64,000 nucleotides of DNA from Candidatus Poribacteria bacterium (lineage in GTDB: Bacteria > Poribacteria > WGA-4E > UBA9662). The notes below the pieces were generated by a model. It made no database searches. It saw only the letters and a list, made by a program, of their open reading frames with translations, and had not been told where the DNA came from. Both the position numbers and the translations under genes were made by a program. The first letter of the stretch is position 1. Every line of letters starts with the position of its first letter. The stretch spans positions 64,001 through 128,000 of the forward strand of contig JAYGDX010000016.1 of the NCBI GenBank assembly GCA_046582655.1, read 5' to 3'. This document shows positions 54,399 through 64,000 of this stretch, one piece after another.

Positions 54399-55454
54399 CT
54401 ATTTCCAAAACACTTCAACATCTAACTCATCGGCAAGATCTTCCAGTGCTTTCAGGTGTTTTGGATGTAGCGGGATGCCGTCACGCCGGGCCATCTTCTG
54501 GTTCAACAACTCAATCTCACCAGGCAGATAGATTCGGTCAACACCATCAGCACGTTCGGCGTTGCGAATGGTACGGATTTCCTCATCCACTGACTCCGTG
54601 AATTCATCTATAGGGCTGAAGTTTTTAACTTTAATGGCGTAAAAGAAATGCCCTCGCCGGGCCAACTCCGGCGTTGTCTCCGGCGTTCGGTTACAGGCGG
54701 CGGGACCTCCCGTCAGCACCCCACCGAGGATGCTCATCACGATTGCCAATCCGTGCCCTTTGTATCCACCGAAAGGCAGCATTCCTCGCGCCAGATGAGG
54801 ATCTTGTGTTGGCTCACCGCTGGCATCCAGTGCCCAACCAAACGGTAGCTTCTTTCCTTCTATAACATAGGTTCCAACATGTCCCCACGCTATCCAACCG
54901 CATGCCATATCCAAGACAATTGATGGTTCAACTTTAGTAGGAATTGCATAGGCGATGGGGTGATTCCCTAACACGCCTGAGATACCACCATGTGGCACAA
55001 CGCTTGCACCGCCAGTTTTGGTTGTCGTAAATCCAATCATCTCTTCTGGCAACGCCATCATGGCGAAGCATGCTCCGGCACCGTAGTGGTTGCTATTACG
55101 CACAGCAACCGCTGCAAACCCGGTAGCATCAGCTTTCTTAATTGCCATGTTCATTGCATGCATACCCGCAATATGCCCGAGGCTATTGTCCGCATTAATA
55201 AGGGCTGTACTCGGTGCTTCTGCCAATACATGCGGGATCGGTTTGGGATTGATTTCTCCGGTGATAATACCATGTGCATATCCGGGCAAGGCGCGAGTGC
55301 CATGAGAATAAACACCCCGTTCATCTGTTTCAACCTGCATTCGGGCAACATTATCGGCATCTTCTGCAGGGACTCCCACACGTTGGTAAAGTGTACTGAT
55401 AAAAGCTTGAAAAGGCTTGGACTGAATGCTAATTTTGTCAGTTTGCTGATCCAT
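54399..55454 (-). CDS. Ldh_2 family oxidoreductase (malate/L-sulfolactate/ureidoglycolate dehydrogenase-like)
   Basis: GVYSHG, RNSNHYG, GNHPIAYA, LDMA, GGYKGHGL, YLPGE. Confidence 0.9.
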   Translation of the reverse strand: MDQQTDKISIQSKPFQAFISTLYQRVGVPAEDADNVARMQVETDERGVYSHGTRALPGYAHGIITGEINPKPIPHVLAEAPSTALINADNSLGHIAGMHAMNMAIKKADATGFAAVAVRNSNHYGAGACFAMMALPEEMIGFTTTKTGGASVVPHGGISGVLGNHPIAYAIPTKVEPSIVLDMACGWIAWGHVGTYVIEGKKLPFGWALDASGEPTQDPHLARGMLPFGGYKGHGLAIVMSILGGVLTGGPAACNRTPETTPELARRGHFFYAIKVKNFSPIDEFTESVDEEIRTIRNAERADGVDRIYLPGEIELLNQKMARRDGIPLHPKHLKALEDLADELDVEVFWK

Positions 55455-55688
55455 TTTTGTTTCCTCAAATCAACCTCAACATAAACTAAGCAAGCAAAAA
55501 TACGGGAATTTCTACTTTTAAACAAATCTAATTTTTACGCTCAGTGAAGATGAGACTTGAAACGTCAAGTATCTTGTCCAGATGGTTCAGAGAATACAAA
55601 ATATCTTGATTTTTTATATTTAGTTTATTAGGTAGCATAAAATGTGATATTCTACAACTCAAGGCCAGAAAAATAGAAGGGAATTATC

Positions 55689-56747
55689 ATGCCTACATTC
55701 CAAACAGAGACACTTAGACAATACGGCTACGAACTCTTTGAATCTGCTGGTTGCTCATTAGAAGATACCCAAGCAGTTGTTGATCATTTGATTGAATCCG
55801 ATCTTTTTGGGCACCATTCCCATGGAGCGATCCGTTTCTACGAATACGCCCGAGCTATCCGGGAAGGTCGATTCCAACCCCGCGCTGCACCTGAAGTGGT
55901 CATCGATAATCCCTGTGTTGCAGTGGTGGATGCCCATGGTGCCTTGGGGCAAGTCGGAGCGACTTTTGCCATGAATCTGGCAATCGAAAAAGCCAGGAAA
56001 TATGGTACCAGCACAGTCACGTTACGGAATACGAGTCATGTAGGCCGCGTTGGTGCCTATCCTTTACTAACCGCGCGAGCAGGGATGATAGGAATTGCTT
56101 TTGTCAACGCTGGTAACCTCGGGTACCAAATTGCTCCTTTTGGTGGTATAGATGGACGTCTGAGTACCAATCCGATTGCCTTTTCCGCCCCACGCCAGAA
56201 TGACAATCCAATTCTGGTTGACATGACAACCTCCGTGGTGGCTGAAGGAAAGGTTCGACTTGCTTTAAACCAGAAAAGACAGGTACCAGAAGGCTGGCTT
56301 ATCGATGCTCAAGGTAATCCAACTACCGATCCAAATAAGTTTAAGGGAGATCCTCCCGGAGCTATCTTACCGTTAGGCGGTGTGGTGGCACACAAGGGTT
56401 ACGGCCTTAGCTTTGTGGTCGAACTTTTGGGCGGGATCCTCAGCGGTCAGGGCTGCGCCGCAGGTGAACGCACCATGGTGAGTAATGGTGTACTCTTCAC
56501 CGTCTATCACATCGAGCACTTCACCGATCTTAACACCTATTTTGATGAAGTAGAAGCTTTGATCCGACATGTCAAATCAAGCCGGCTAGCCCCAGATTTT
56601 GAGGAGATCCTGGTTCCCGGTGAACCCGAATTTCGCTATGCTCAACGAAAACAAAACGAAGGTATTGAGATTGATGACACTACTTGGCAAGCTATCTGTG
56701 AAGAGGCTAGGGCGTTTGGTCTCAATCCAGATCAATGGCCAAACTGA
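55689..56747 (+). CDS. Ldh_2 family oxidoreductase
   Basis: GHHSHG, RNTSHVGR, STNPIAF, DMTTS, HKGYGL, LVPGE. Confidence 0.9.
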   Translation: MPTFQTETLRQYGYELFESAGCSLEDTQAVVDHLIESDLFGHHSHGAIRFYEYARAIREGRFQPRAAPEVVIDNPCVAVVDAHGALGQVGATFAMNLAIEKARKYGTSTVTLRNTSHVGRVGAYPLLTARAGMIGIAFVNAGNLGYQIAPFGGIDGRLSTNPIAFSAPRQNDNPILVDMTTSVVAEGKVRLALNQKRQVPEGWLIDAQGNPTTDPNKFKGDPPGAILPLGGVVAHKGYGLSFVVELLGGILSGQGCAAGERTMVSNGVLFTVYHIEHFTDLNTYFDEVEALIRHVKSSRLAPDFEEILVPGEPEFRYAQRKQNEGIEIDDTTWQAICEEARAFGLNPDQWPN

Positions 56748-56759
56748 ATCAGACATAAA

Positions 56760-57710
56760 TTATTCAGGTAAAGTTCCCTCAATCTGGTCAACGAGATGGA
56801 TGGAATGAATTACATCGCGTAGATCACTAATCGGAACTTCTTTTTTCTGTATGCAATCTATAAAGTGTTCATGCATCGTCAGGACACCTTCATACCGAGG
56901 CCCATCTCCTTGATCTACGCTGTCGACTTCCCAGCCGCCCATTGTGTGGCTTTTGTTGTCCTCGTGAATTTCAATCTCTCCAGGGATCTTCATATAGCAC
57001 CCAATGCCGACACCATGGAGTTCAGAGCGAAGAACGCGTCCACCCGAGGCTCGGTTCCCGAACATAACTCCCGTTGCATCGTTGTCAAAACGAACTAGTC
57101 CGGTATAGCAGTTTCGGCTCTGACCTCCAAACTTATCCTGATAGGCGGTTACTTCTACCGGTTCGCCACCTGCCATGTATCGCAGAAGATCAACAACATG
57201 GCAGACATCATTCCAAAGTGTTGTGGTAAATTCTTTGACACCCAACATTTGCTTGTTGAATGTGGTTATTGCTGTGGAAACAGGCCCTTTCTCTGCCACA
57301 CGGCGCATTGCTTCGCGTGTCACAGCAGCGTAGCGACGCTGAAATCCAACCATGGCATATAGATCGTTTGCGATTGCCGCCTCCAGTATCTGTTGTGTTT
57401 CGTCACTATTTGCGCCGGGCGGCTTTTCGATAAAAATATGTTTCCCGGCATTAAGGCAATCCAGCGCAGGCTGTAAAATCCACTCCTCTCGCATTACGCA
57501 GTAAATGATATCTAGATCTACGCTATCCAGCATTTTGCGGTGATCGGTGAAAGTATGTGAAAATCCATATTTCTCAGCAACCTGATTCAGCCGAGTTTCA
57601 TCCAGTTCGCATACGGCGACCATTTCTACATTATCTTTAAGACGATTAACGCTTGGATAGTGGGCACCTTGACTTCGGCCACCCGCACCGATAAATCCTG
57701 CTTTTAACAT
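56760..57710 (-). CDS. Gfo/Idh/MocA family oxidoreductase
   Basis: GFIGAGG, GKHIFIEKPPG, VGFQRRY, DVCHVVD. Confidence 0.88.
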   Translation of the reverse strand: MLKAGFIGAGGRSQGAHYPSVNRLKDNVEMVAVCELDETRLNQVAEKYGFSHTFTDHRKMLDSVDLDIIYCVMREEWILQPALDCLNAGKHIFIEKPPGANSDETQQILEAAIANDLYAMVGFQRRYAAVTREAMRRVAEKGPVSTAITTFNKQMLGVKEFTTTLWNDVCHVVDLLRYMAGGEPVEVTAYQDKFGGQSRNCYTGLVRFDNDATGVMFGNRASGGRVLRSELHGVGIGCYMKIPGEIEIHEDNKSHTMGGWEVDSVDQGDGPRYEGVLTMHEHFIDCIQKKEVPISDLRDVIHSIHLVDQIEGTLPE

Positions 57711-58030
57711 CGTGAGTTCCTCCAGGATATTGATTGAGTTAAGAAATTACTTGGGATGATTCCGAATAATACCATATAGGCAAAAACCCTGTCCCTTCTC
57801 CATATTAAAGAGATTCTTCATTCTTACAGACTAACAGTGTATTGTCAATAGCTAATTTGTCGGTACTGCACAGAAATGAAGCTGGGATTCAGTTGAGATT
57901 TTTTAAGTTGAATTGTATTCTTTCGTTGGTAGAATATACATCAACGGTCAAAGTCAATGTTGGATGGTGCCAAGTAGTAAGGATACTAATTACGTTTTAA
58001 TGCTGATAAAACCAAGCAAAGGAGTAAGTA

Positions 58031-58776
58031 ATGAATCAAGCTGACTACGACCATTACTGGGAAGAGGGCTGGGTCGTTATTGAAGGCATCTATGCTACCG
58101 ATGAAGTCGATAGTATAGCTTAACTCGCAACTGAAATCAGCAATAAGGAGTTAGAAGACGATGCCAGTAGTGGTGTTGTTGATCGCCAGGCAAACGGTGC
58201 AATCGTACCGAGGAAAATCAATCGGCCTTTCCTGAGAGAACCGGCTTTCCAATCTCTCGTTCTGGATTTGCGCTTATCAACTATTATCAGTGAACTTGTC
58301 GGAGTTGAACCATTGTTGGTTACAGATCAGATTTTTATGAAACCACCATGCTTCGGGAGTGCCAAGCCGTATCATCAAGACAACTACTATTTTAAATGCA
58401 AACCTGCAGATCATGTCATTACTGCTTGGATTGCCATGGATGACGAGGAGGAGTCTAATGGTTGTCTGCGTTATATTACAGTTCTCACAAGGGACCTATT
58501 CTACCGCACGAAACGCTGGACCCCGATGAGCCGTATAATCTTGTGCCACCGCCTGAATTGATCGACTTGTCAAAAGAGGCGTTGGCAATAGTCAATAAAG
58601 GCGGTGTTGTCTTCCATCATAGCCAAACGTTGCATACCTCACACCGCAACGAATCGGACCGTTGGCGCCGGGGTTATGATGCTACCCATTGGGCTAGTGC
58701 TCAGACTACGTCAGAAAACAGCACAATTGACAGTGCCTATTTTAATCGTGACGATTTTCCGGCTATGCAGTCCTGA
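58031..58776 (+). pseudogene. PhyH family dioxygenase pseudogene
   Basis: YWEEGWVVIEG; TAA 58121-58123; FMKPP, YHQDNYY, TAWIAMDD; frameshift near 58478; FHHSQTLHTS. Confidence 0.85.
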
Positions 58777-58780
58777 TCCT

Positions 58781-59638
58781 TTAGGTCTGGGTCGAATCAC
58801 TGAGTCCGAGAAGATTTAGCGTGTCACGGTACAGGATTTGTTCCGGCAGATCGTCCGGTAAGGCTGGTAGGCGCATCTCTTTCGACAGATTGACAATATT
58901 GTGCAACCCTTCAACAGTTTCGTCCAGAGTGGCGATAGGATAGTCGGTACCAAAGAGAAGTTTGTCGGTCACACCATACTCCACGGCTAACCGGAGTGAA
59001 TTGTAGAATTGCCAGGGGCGATAAAACAGGGCGGAGATATCGGCGAAAACGTTAGGTTGCTTCCGAATTAATACGATCGTTTCCACTTCCCAAGGATGTC
59101 CCATGTGAGCGATGATCATTTTCAGGTCGGGAAATTGGAGGGCGATATCCTCAAGCAAGACAGGATTCGCGTACTTTAGTGGTGCTTTCCGTGGGAAGGT
59201 AGTGCCCTGATGAAACATAATCGGCAATCCATATTGCTCGGCTTTGGCAAATATGGACATGGCGCTCGGATCTTGCGGATTCCACCCACCATAGATCGGG
59301 CTCATTTTTAGGCCTCTAAGCCCCAGTTCATTGATGGCGCGATCAACCTCAGATAGTGCATCATCTTCAGTTGGACAAATAGCGGCAAACCCGATCAGTC
59401 TTTTGGCGTCCGTCCGAACATATTCCGCTACCGTGTCATTCACAGTCAGGAATCCAGTGAGAGGTGCCCGCAACCCAAACACAAGTACACGATCTGCCTT
59501 AATTGTATCAGCTGCATGCTGTTCCGCTGTAATGTTCAGTTCAACCTTTTGACGACGCATAATGAAGGTTTCACTCGCCAGCTCTTCGGTCAATTCTCCC
59601 GGATAACGCCAGAAATGTGTATGACAGTCGGTGATCAT
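58781..59638 (-). CDS. Amidohydrolase_2 family metal-dependent hydrolase
   Basis: DCHTH (HxH), LRGLK, FHQG, AHMGHP, FADIS, FGTDYP; start could be up to 59689. Confidence 0.88.
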   Translation of the reverse strand: MITDCHTHFWRYPGELTEELASETFIMRRQKVELNITAEQHAADTIKADRVLVFGLRAPLTGFLTVNDTVAEYVRTDAKRLIGFAAICPTEDDALSEVDRAINELGLRGLKMSPIYGGWNPQDPSAMSIFAKAEQYGLPIMFHQGTTFPRKAPLKYANPVLLEDIALQFPDLKMIIAHMGHPWEVETIVLIRKQPNVFADISALFYRPWQFYNSLRLAVEYGVTDKLLFGTDYPIATLDETVEGLHNIVNLSKEMRLPALPDDLPEQILYRDTLNLLGLSDSTQT

Positions 59639-59689
59639 TAGATCTAAGATTCCATAATTAAGGTAAGGATACAGGATCAATTTCATCAA

Positions 59690-60465
59690 TTAAGGCAGAT
59701 CCACATCATAACATTCGCTTTTTAAAAAAGCTAACATTCGCATTCGTTTTTGGGTCGCATCCTTGAAGAGTTCCGGAGTGTAATACTTCCATCCGGATGA
59801 ACCGTCTCGCATGTAAAGGTGTGTAATATAATCTTTTTCAGCTTGCGTCCGCGGTTTTTGCATATAATTGAGGTAAATCCCGCGCCGTTCAGCACCTTCT
59901 CCGAAGGCTGAGTGATAGAATTTTACGTTAAACACAATGGCATCACCCAGATCTGATTCGATGGGATAAGTGCCAGGGACGCGTCCTTGCCCAATAAAAG
60001 AATCTCGTTACCATAGTTCTCCATGCGTTCTCGATAAGGCTGAAACTGACTGCCCGGCAAGACAGAGAGACACCCTGTATCGGCACATACCGGATCAAGG
60101 AATAGGACAATTTTTAAGTGGGTATGACCTTCTGAAGACACATCATCGTGGTGCCAGCTAGTACCGCCAAAATGATGGATGCCTTCTGATACTGTAAATA
60201 CGAAGTCTTTACCTATTAAGTCTTGAACCACTTGGTAGATACGATCGTCGTCAAGGAGCCGGTTATAGACATCTGTATTATGTCGATAGAATGAAACAAC
60301 CTGTTGGCGTTTGGGTGCTTGGTTCCAAGGTACGCCATTGTTGGCCTGAATCATTGTCTCATCAAAGGCATCAATATAGATTTGCATTTCATCTGGTGGA
60401 ATCAGATTTTTCAAACAGATAAATCTAAGCGTTTCAAATTGATGTTTCTGCGAGTCTGTGAGCAT
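59690..60465 (-). pseudogene. PhyH family dioxygenase, frameshift near 59980
   Basis: MLTDSQKHQFETL, WHHD, GCLSVLPGS, then GDAIVFNVKFYHSAFG in another frame. Confidence 0.8.
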
Positions 60466-60843
60466 CTGTGATCTTCTATCTACAATCTACTGACGTTGTT
60501 TTCTTTCAGGACTAAATTATCGTATTAGAGAGCCAATGTCGCCTAGTCAGGGTTACAGACTAAAAGACAAAATGGCCTCCAAGATTCTTCAGAGACATTT
60601 TAATGAAAGAGAATACAAGGTAATAAAAATTGTTGCAAGTGCAATTAGACTGGCAGATTGAACCTTTCTTCTATACCCCCGAAAAAGCGAGGCTTCAATT
60701 TAGACGTGACCTATCTTGAAACCAATTGGTAAACTGTTTCCTGTTTTAGCCTTAACTTCCGAACTTACTTGGCTGGTTTATGGTTGACTGAATCCTGCTC
60801 CTGAAAACCAAAAAGTATTCAAGCAGCAAAAGTAAAAAGCATC

Positions 60844-60872
60844 TTGACGACAATCGTCAATCCTCATAAAAT
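60844..60872 (+). promoter_or_regulatory. Sigma-70 promoter with palindromic operator upstream of phoD-like gene
   Basis: TTGACG-N17-TAAAAT; TTGACGA-CAA-TCGTCAA palindrome covers the -35. Confidence 0.6.
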
Positions 60873-60957
60873 GGTTCACCATATTGAGTTGTTATTTTAA
60901 TCTGTTGTTGGCTGCCGATGGGTCTTCAACAACGGAGACAAGAGGCAGAAATAGTGT

Positions 60958-61890
60958 ATGAATAAGAACGTGTCATTCAGGAAAACATACAGGGATTTGA
61001 TCCGGATTTCGTTGATCTCCTTGCTCTGGTTTGAACTGAAGCGGGGCGTTTCCAGTGCCGACAAGTTGCCAGTTTTTCTCGGTCAGGGACTGATTTGTGG
61101 TGAAGTCAGCCAAACCAGTGCGATTCTCCAGTCACGCCTCACGCCGACCGTAACTCTTGATTCAATTGGGAATCTGCTTGGAGCGTCTGGAATTGGGCGG
61201 TTTGAATTGGCAACCAATCCTAATTTCACCAATTCATTCTACACAGAGTGGATGCACTCAACCGCTGATCACGATTATATCATTAAAACCAAAGTCACAG
61301 ATCTTCAATCGGGAACACGCTACTACTGCCGTCTGCAATATGGTAAGAGCGAAACCGCTATGCGTGCGGCAAGTATGTGTACCTTCAGGACACACGCTGG
61401 AATCGATAGTGCAGAAGAAGTTTCCTTCGTCGTTTTGACAGGTATGAATCACTATTACTTCCACTATGGCAAGTATGATCCGATGGCAGCTTACAAAAGT
61501 GATGACAAGTACTTGGGCTATCCCGCACTGGCGACGATTCGGAAAATAAGGCCAGATTTTTTGTCGGTACTGGCCAACATCTATTTTTATGTTCCCAGCG
61601 TGAAGGCTTACAATCGTAGCATTGGACAAGAAAAACATTTACCATCAAGCCATGGAAGACAGGAGGTTTTGACTGAGATGGGGATGAGAAAAAAATACCA
61701 CGAACAGCTCGTCCAACCCCGTTTCATCGAACTTTTTGCATATGTATCAACATACTTGGGAGAAAGATGATCATGATTACCGGGGAACGATTGTGATCCG
61801 CACATTGATTACCCGATTTCTCATGCGTTGGGTGTCCGAAACTTCCGCGAACAGTTGCCTGTCGTAGATCCGACCGACGAATTTCCAAGA
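60958..61890 (+). pseudogene. phoD: PhoD-like alkaline phosphatase, frameshifted and 3'-truncated
   Basis: GEVSQTSAILQSR, DLQSGTRYYCR, RPDF, and WEKDDHDY after a frameshift near 61757; homology ends near 61890. Confidence 0.7.
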
Positions 61891-62099
61891 TCCTGCCTCA
61901 AGTGGCTTTCTGAAGTTTGTTGCTACACCAGATCCTCCCCGTCTTGAATTTATTTATTTCGATGAGAATAGCAGTGAACTATATCGTCATCAGAAGGAGT
62001 AATCGCTAAGCGAGAATCTACACGAGACCTAGCAAATATTCCGGTTTTGGCGACCAAACCAAAAGTTACACCATCTGTAGAGTGCAGGAGGACAGCAAT

Positions 62100-63416
62100 A
62101 TGCTTAAAAGTTGTGATACGGTTGTCGCTTTATCTAATGCGACAGTGGACAATCAGGTCATCTTCGGTAAGAACAGCGATCGACCAGCGGTCGAATGTCA
62201 GCCGTTGGTTTTACGAGACCGAAAATCTCACTTCTCGGATTCTATGACGAATTGCCAATTTATTCAACTTCCAGAGACCAGAACGACGTATCGTCATATT
62301 GGATCTACCCCATACTGGTGCTGGGGGGATGAACATGGATTCAACGAACACCAAGTGGTGATTGGAAATGAAGGGCTGGGGTCTAAGTATGAATTTGATT
62401 CGCCAAAACTGATTGGTATGGAGCTGGTTCGACTCGGTTTGGAGCGTGCCTCAACTGCTGCTGAAGCAGTTGAGGTGATGACAACCCTAATTACGAAATA
62501 TGGGCAAGGGGAATTTAGCAACCAGGCAAACGTCCGTACATACGACAACGGTTATATTATTGCCGATCCTCGTGAAGCGTATGTCCTTGAAACGGCTGGT
62601 CATGAATGGGCAACTAAACGGATCGATAGTGTAGCCGGAATCAGCAACGTCTATTCAATCGAAGATGACTGGAATTGTTTATCTCCGACTGCGCTTGAAC
62701 AAGCAATAGCTAATAACTGGTGGATGGAAAAAGCAGAGCAGCTCAATTTCGCTAAAGCCTACAGTCGTCAAGCAGACCGTTCAGTTGGCAGTGGTGCGGT
62801 ACGTCGGAGACGCTCTTGTACATTGTTAAACCAGCATTTGGGAAATATCGATATTCCGACCACCATCGCCGTATTGAGTGACCATGGTGGAGATGATACC
62901 GATAAAACATCCTTCGACACGGCGCTTAAGCAGGGCGGGATCTGCGTACATCACAACCAAGATGGAACAGGTGGAAACACGGCGGCAAGTCTTGTCGCTC
63001 ACCTGTGTGACGATAATTCACGATTGCCTGTTTATTGGTGTAGTCTCTACTCACCTTGTCTGGGTGTTTTTCTGCCTATGTTCATCGAAGGAGAACTGCC
63101 TTCTGTGCTTGCGATTGGTAGCGAGAAGCCGTCGAATGAAAGTCCCTGGTGGCTTTTCCGCCAATTGAGTCTGAAAAATTGTTCAGATGCAATTGAGCTG
63201 ATCTCAATGGTTCGAGAGAGGTGGGGAACATTCCAAAAGTGCCTTTTTGACAGTGCATATGAAATGGCTAAAGTAGGTAAAGAACTTATCAATGACCAGC
63301 GTCAGGCTGAAGCTAAGCAACTGTTGACTGAATACATGGCAGAAAATGTCGTATTGATGCTCAAAATTGTTCGAGGAATGTTGGCAAATACAAGTGCCTC
63401 AACCGCAAGAGGATAA
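62100..63416 (+). CDS. Peptidase C69 family (secernin/dipeptidase, Ntn hydrolase)
   Basis: SCDT nucleophile, FGKNSDRP, WGDEHGFNEHQVVIGNE, LVRLGLER, EAYVLETAG; AGGAGG RBS before ATG 62100. Confidence 0.88.
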   Translation: MLKSCDTVVALSNATVDNQVIFGKNSDRPAVECQPLVLRDRKSHFSDSMTNCQFIQLPETRTTYRHIGSTPYWCWGDEHGFNEHQVVIGNEGLGSKYEFDSPKLIGMELVRLGLERASTAAEAVEVMTTLITKYGQGEFSNQANVRTYDNGYIIADPREAYVLETAGHEWATKRIDSVAGISNVYSIEDDWNCLSPTALEQAIANNWWMEKAEQLNFAKAYSRQADRSVGSGAVRRRRSCTLLNQHLGNIDIPTTIAVLSDHGGDDTDKTSFDTALKQGGICVHHNQDGTGGNTAASLVAHLCDDNSRLPVYWCSLYSPCLGVFLPMFIEGELPSVLAIGSEKPSNESPWWLFRQLSLKNCSDAIELISMVRERWGTFQKCLFDSAYEMAKVGKELINDQRQAEAKQLLTEYMAENVVLMLKIVRGMLANTSASTARG

Positions 63417-63419
63417 GAG

Positions 63420-64000
63420 ATGTTCCAAAAATTGACTGACCACCTTTTTTTTGTTGAAGACACCTGTTGCATCTATGCCGTTTGCGTTAATGACAAAGTT
63501 TTATTGATTGACTGTGGAACACACCTGAGGTCAGAGAATTTTGAAGGACTTTCGGGCAAAGACTGTTCGGTGGAACGAATTCTATTAACCCACTTTCATC
63601 GCGATCAATGTGCGTCGGCAAATCGTTTTCAAGCAGATGGTGCTGAGATTTTTATTCCCTTCGTCGAAAGACGCTTCTTGGAAGAAACTGATTTGCTTAA
63701 AGCATCCTATGATACCTATGATAACTACACCTCATATTATCCTGGGAGGGGTACGTTAACTGACATCCACTCCAATGGGTATGTGTATGATTACGAGTCG
63801 ATGATGTGGTGTGGGATTCGGTTCGATGCCGTTCCGTTACCGGGGCATACATTCGGTTCCGTAGGCTATCAGTTTGAAATTGACGGGAAACGGGTCTTGG
63901 CATGCGGCGATTTAATGAGTGCACCTGGAAAGGTTCAACAATATTTCTGGAGCCAATGGAGTTATATGTCGTTTAAAGGGCACGTGAACCATCTGGAGAG
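63420..64000 (+). CDS. MBL-fold metallo-hydrolase (runs off the window)
   Basis: Manual translation: LLIDCG, LLTHFHRDQC, LPGHTFGS, CGDL; frame open to the end of the window. Confidence 0.85.
   Translation, partial: MFQKLTDHLFFVEDTCCIYAVCVNDKVLLIDCGTHLRSENFEGLSGKDCSVERILLTHFHRDQCASANRFQADGAEIFIPFVERRFLEETDLLKASYDTYDNYTSYYPGRGTLTDIHSNGYVYDYESMMWCGIRFDAVPLPGHTFGSVGYQFEIDGKRVLACGDLMSAPGKVQQYFWSQWSYMSFKGHVNHLE

Overview
Bacterial chromosomal segment. The gene inventory (LamG protein ending in TTTWGTIK, four PhyH dioxygenases, several mandelate-racemase enolases, Gfo/Idh/MocA oxidoreductases, a DUF6785/6784-type membrane protein, NHL and TPR proteins) suggests Candidatus Poribacteria; this is an inference. 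Intact core genes are grpE-dnaK-prfA-prmC, nadA, an RpoD/RpoS-like sigma factor and a troR-troABCD (Mn/Zn/Fe) operon. They sit among many sugar-acid or small-molecule catabolic genes, of which about 20 are frameshifted, nonsense-mutated or deleted remnants. The main finding is a tightly coupled five-gene operon at about 33.6-39.1 kb: GNAT acyltransferase, MmgE/PrpD protein, aldehyde-deformylating-oxygenase (ADO)-like di-iron protein, acyl-ACP reductase (AAR)-like enzyme, and a BtaA/DUF3419-like SAM aminocarboxypropyl transferase. This is the cyanobacterial alkane gene pair embedded in a larger lipid-tailoring cluster in an apparently non-cyanobacterial host, and all five genes are disrupted in this copy. 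Other findings are two good sigma-54 promoter matches (before grpE-dnaK and before prfA-prmC), an MntR/TroR operator overlapping a near-consensus sigma-70 promoter, an unannotated aroA fragment and an IS982-like remnant. No rRNA, tRNA or CRISPR array was recognised. All family calls come from motif recognition by eye; no database search was run.
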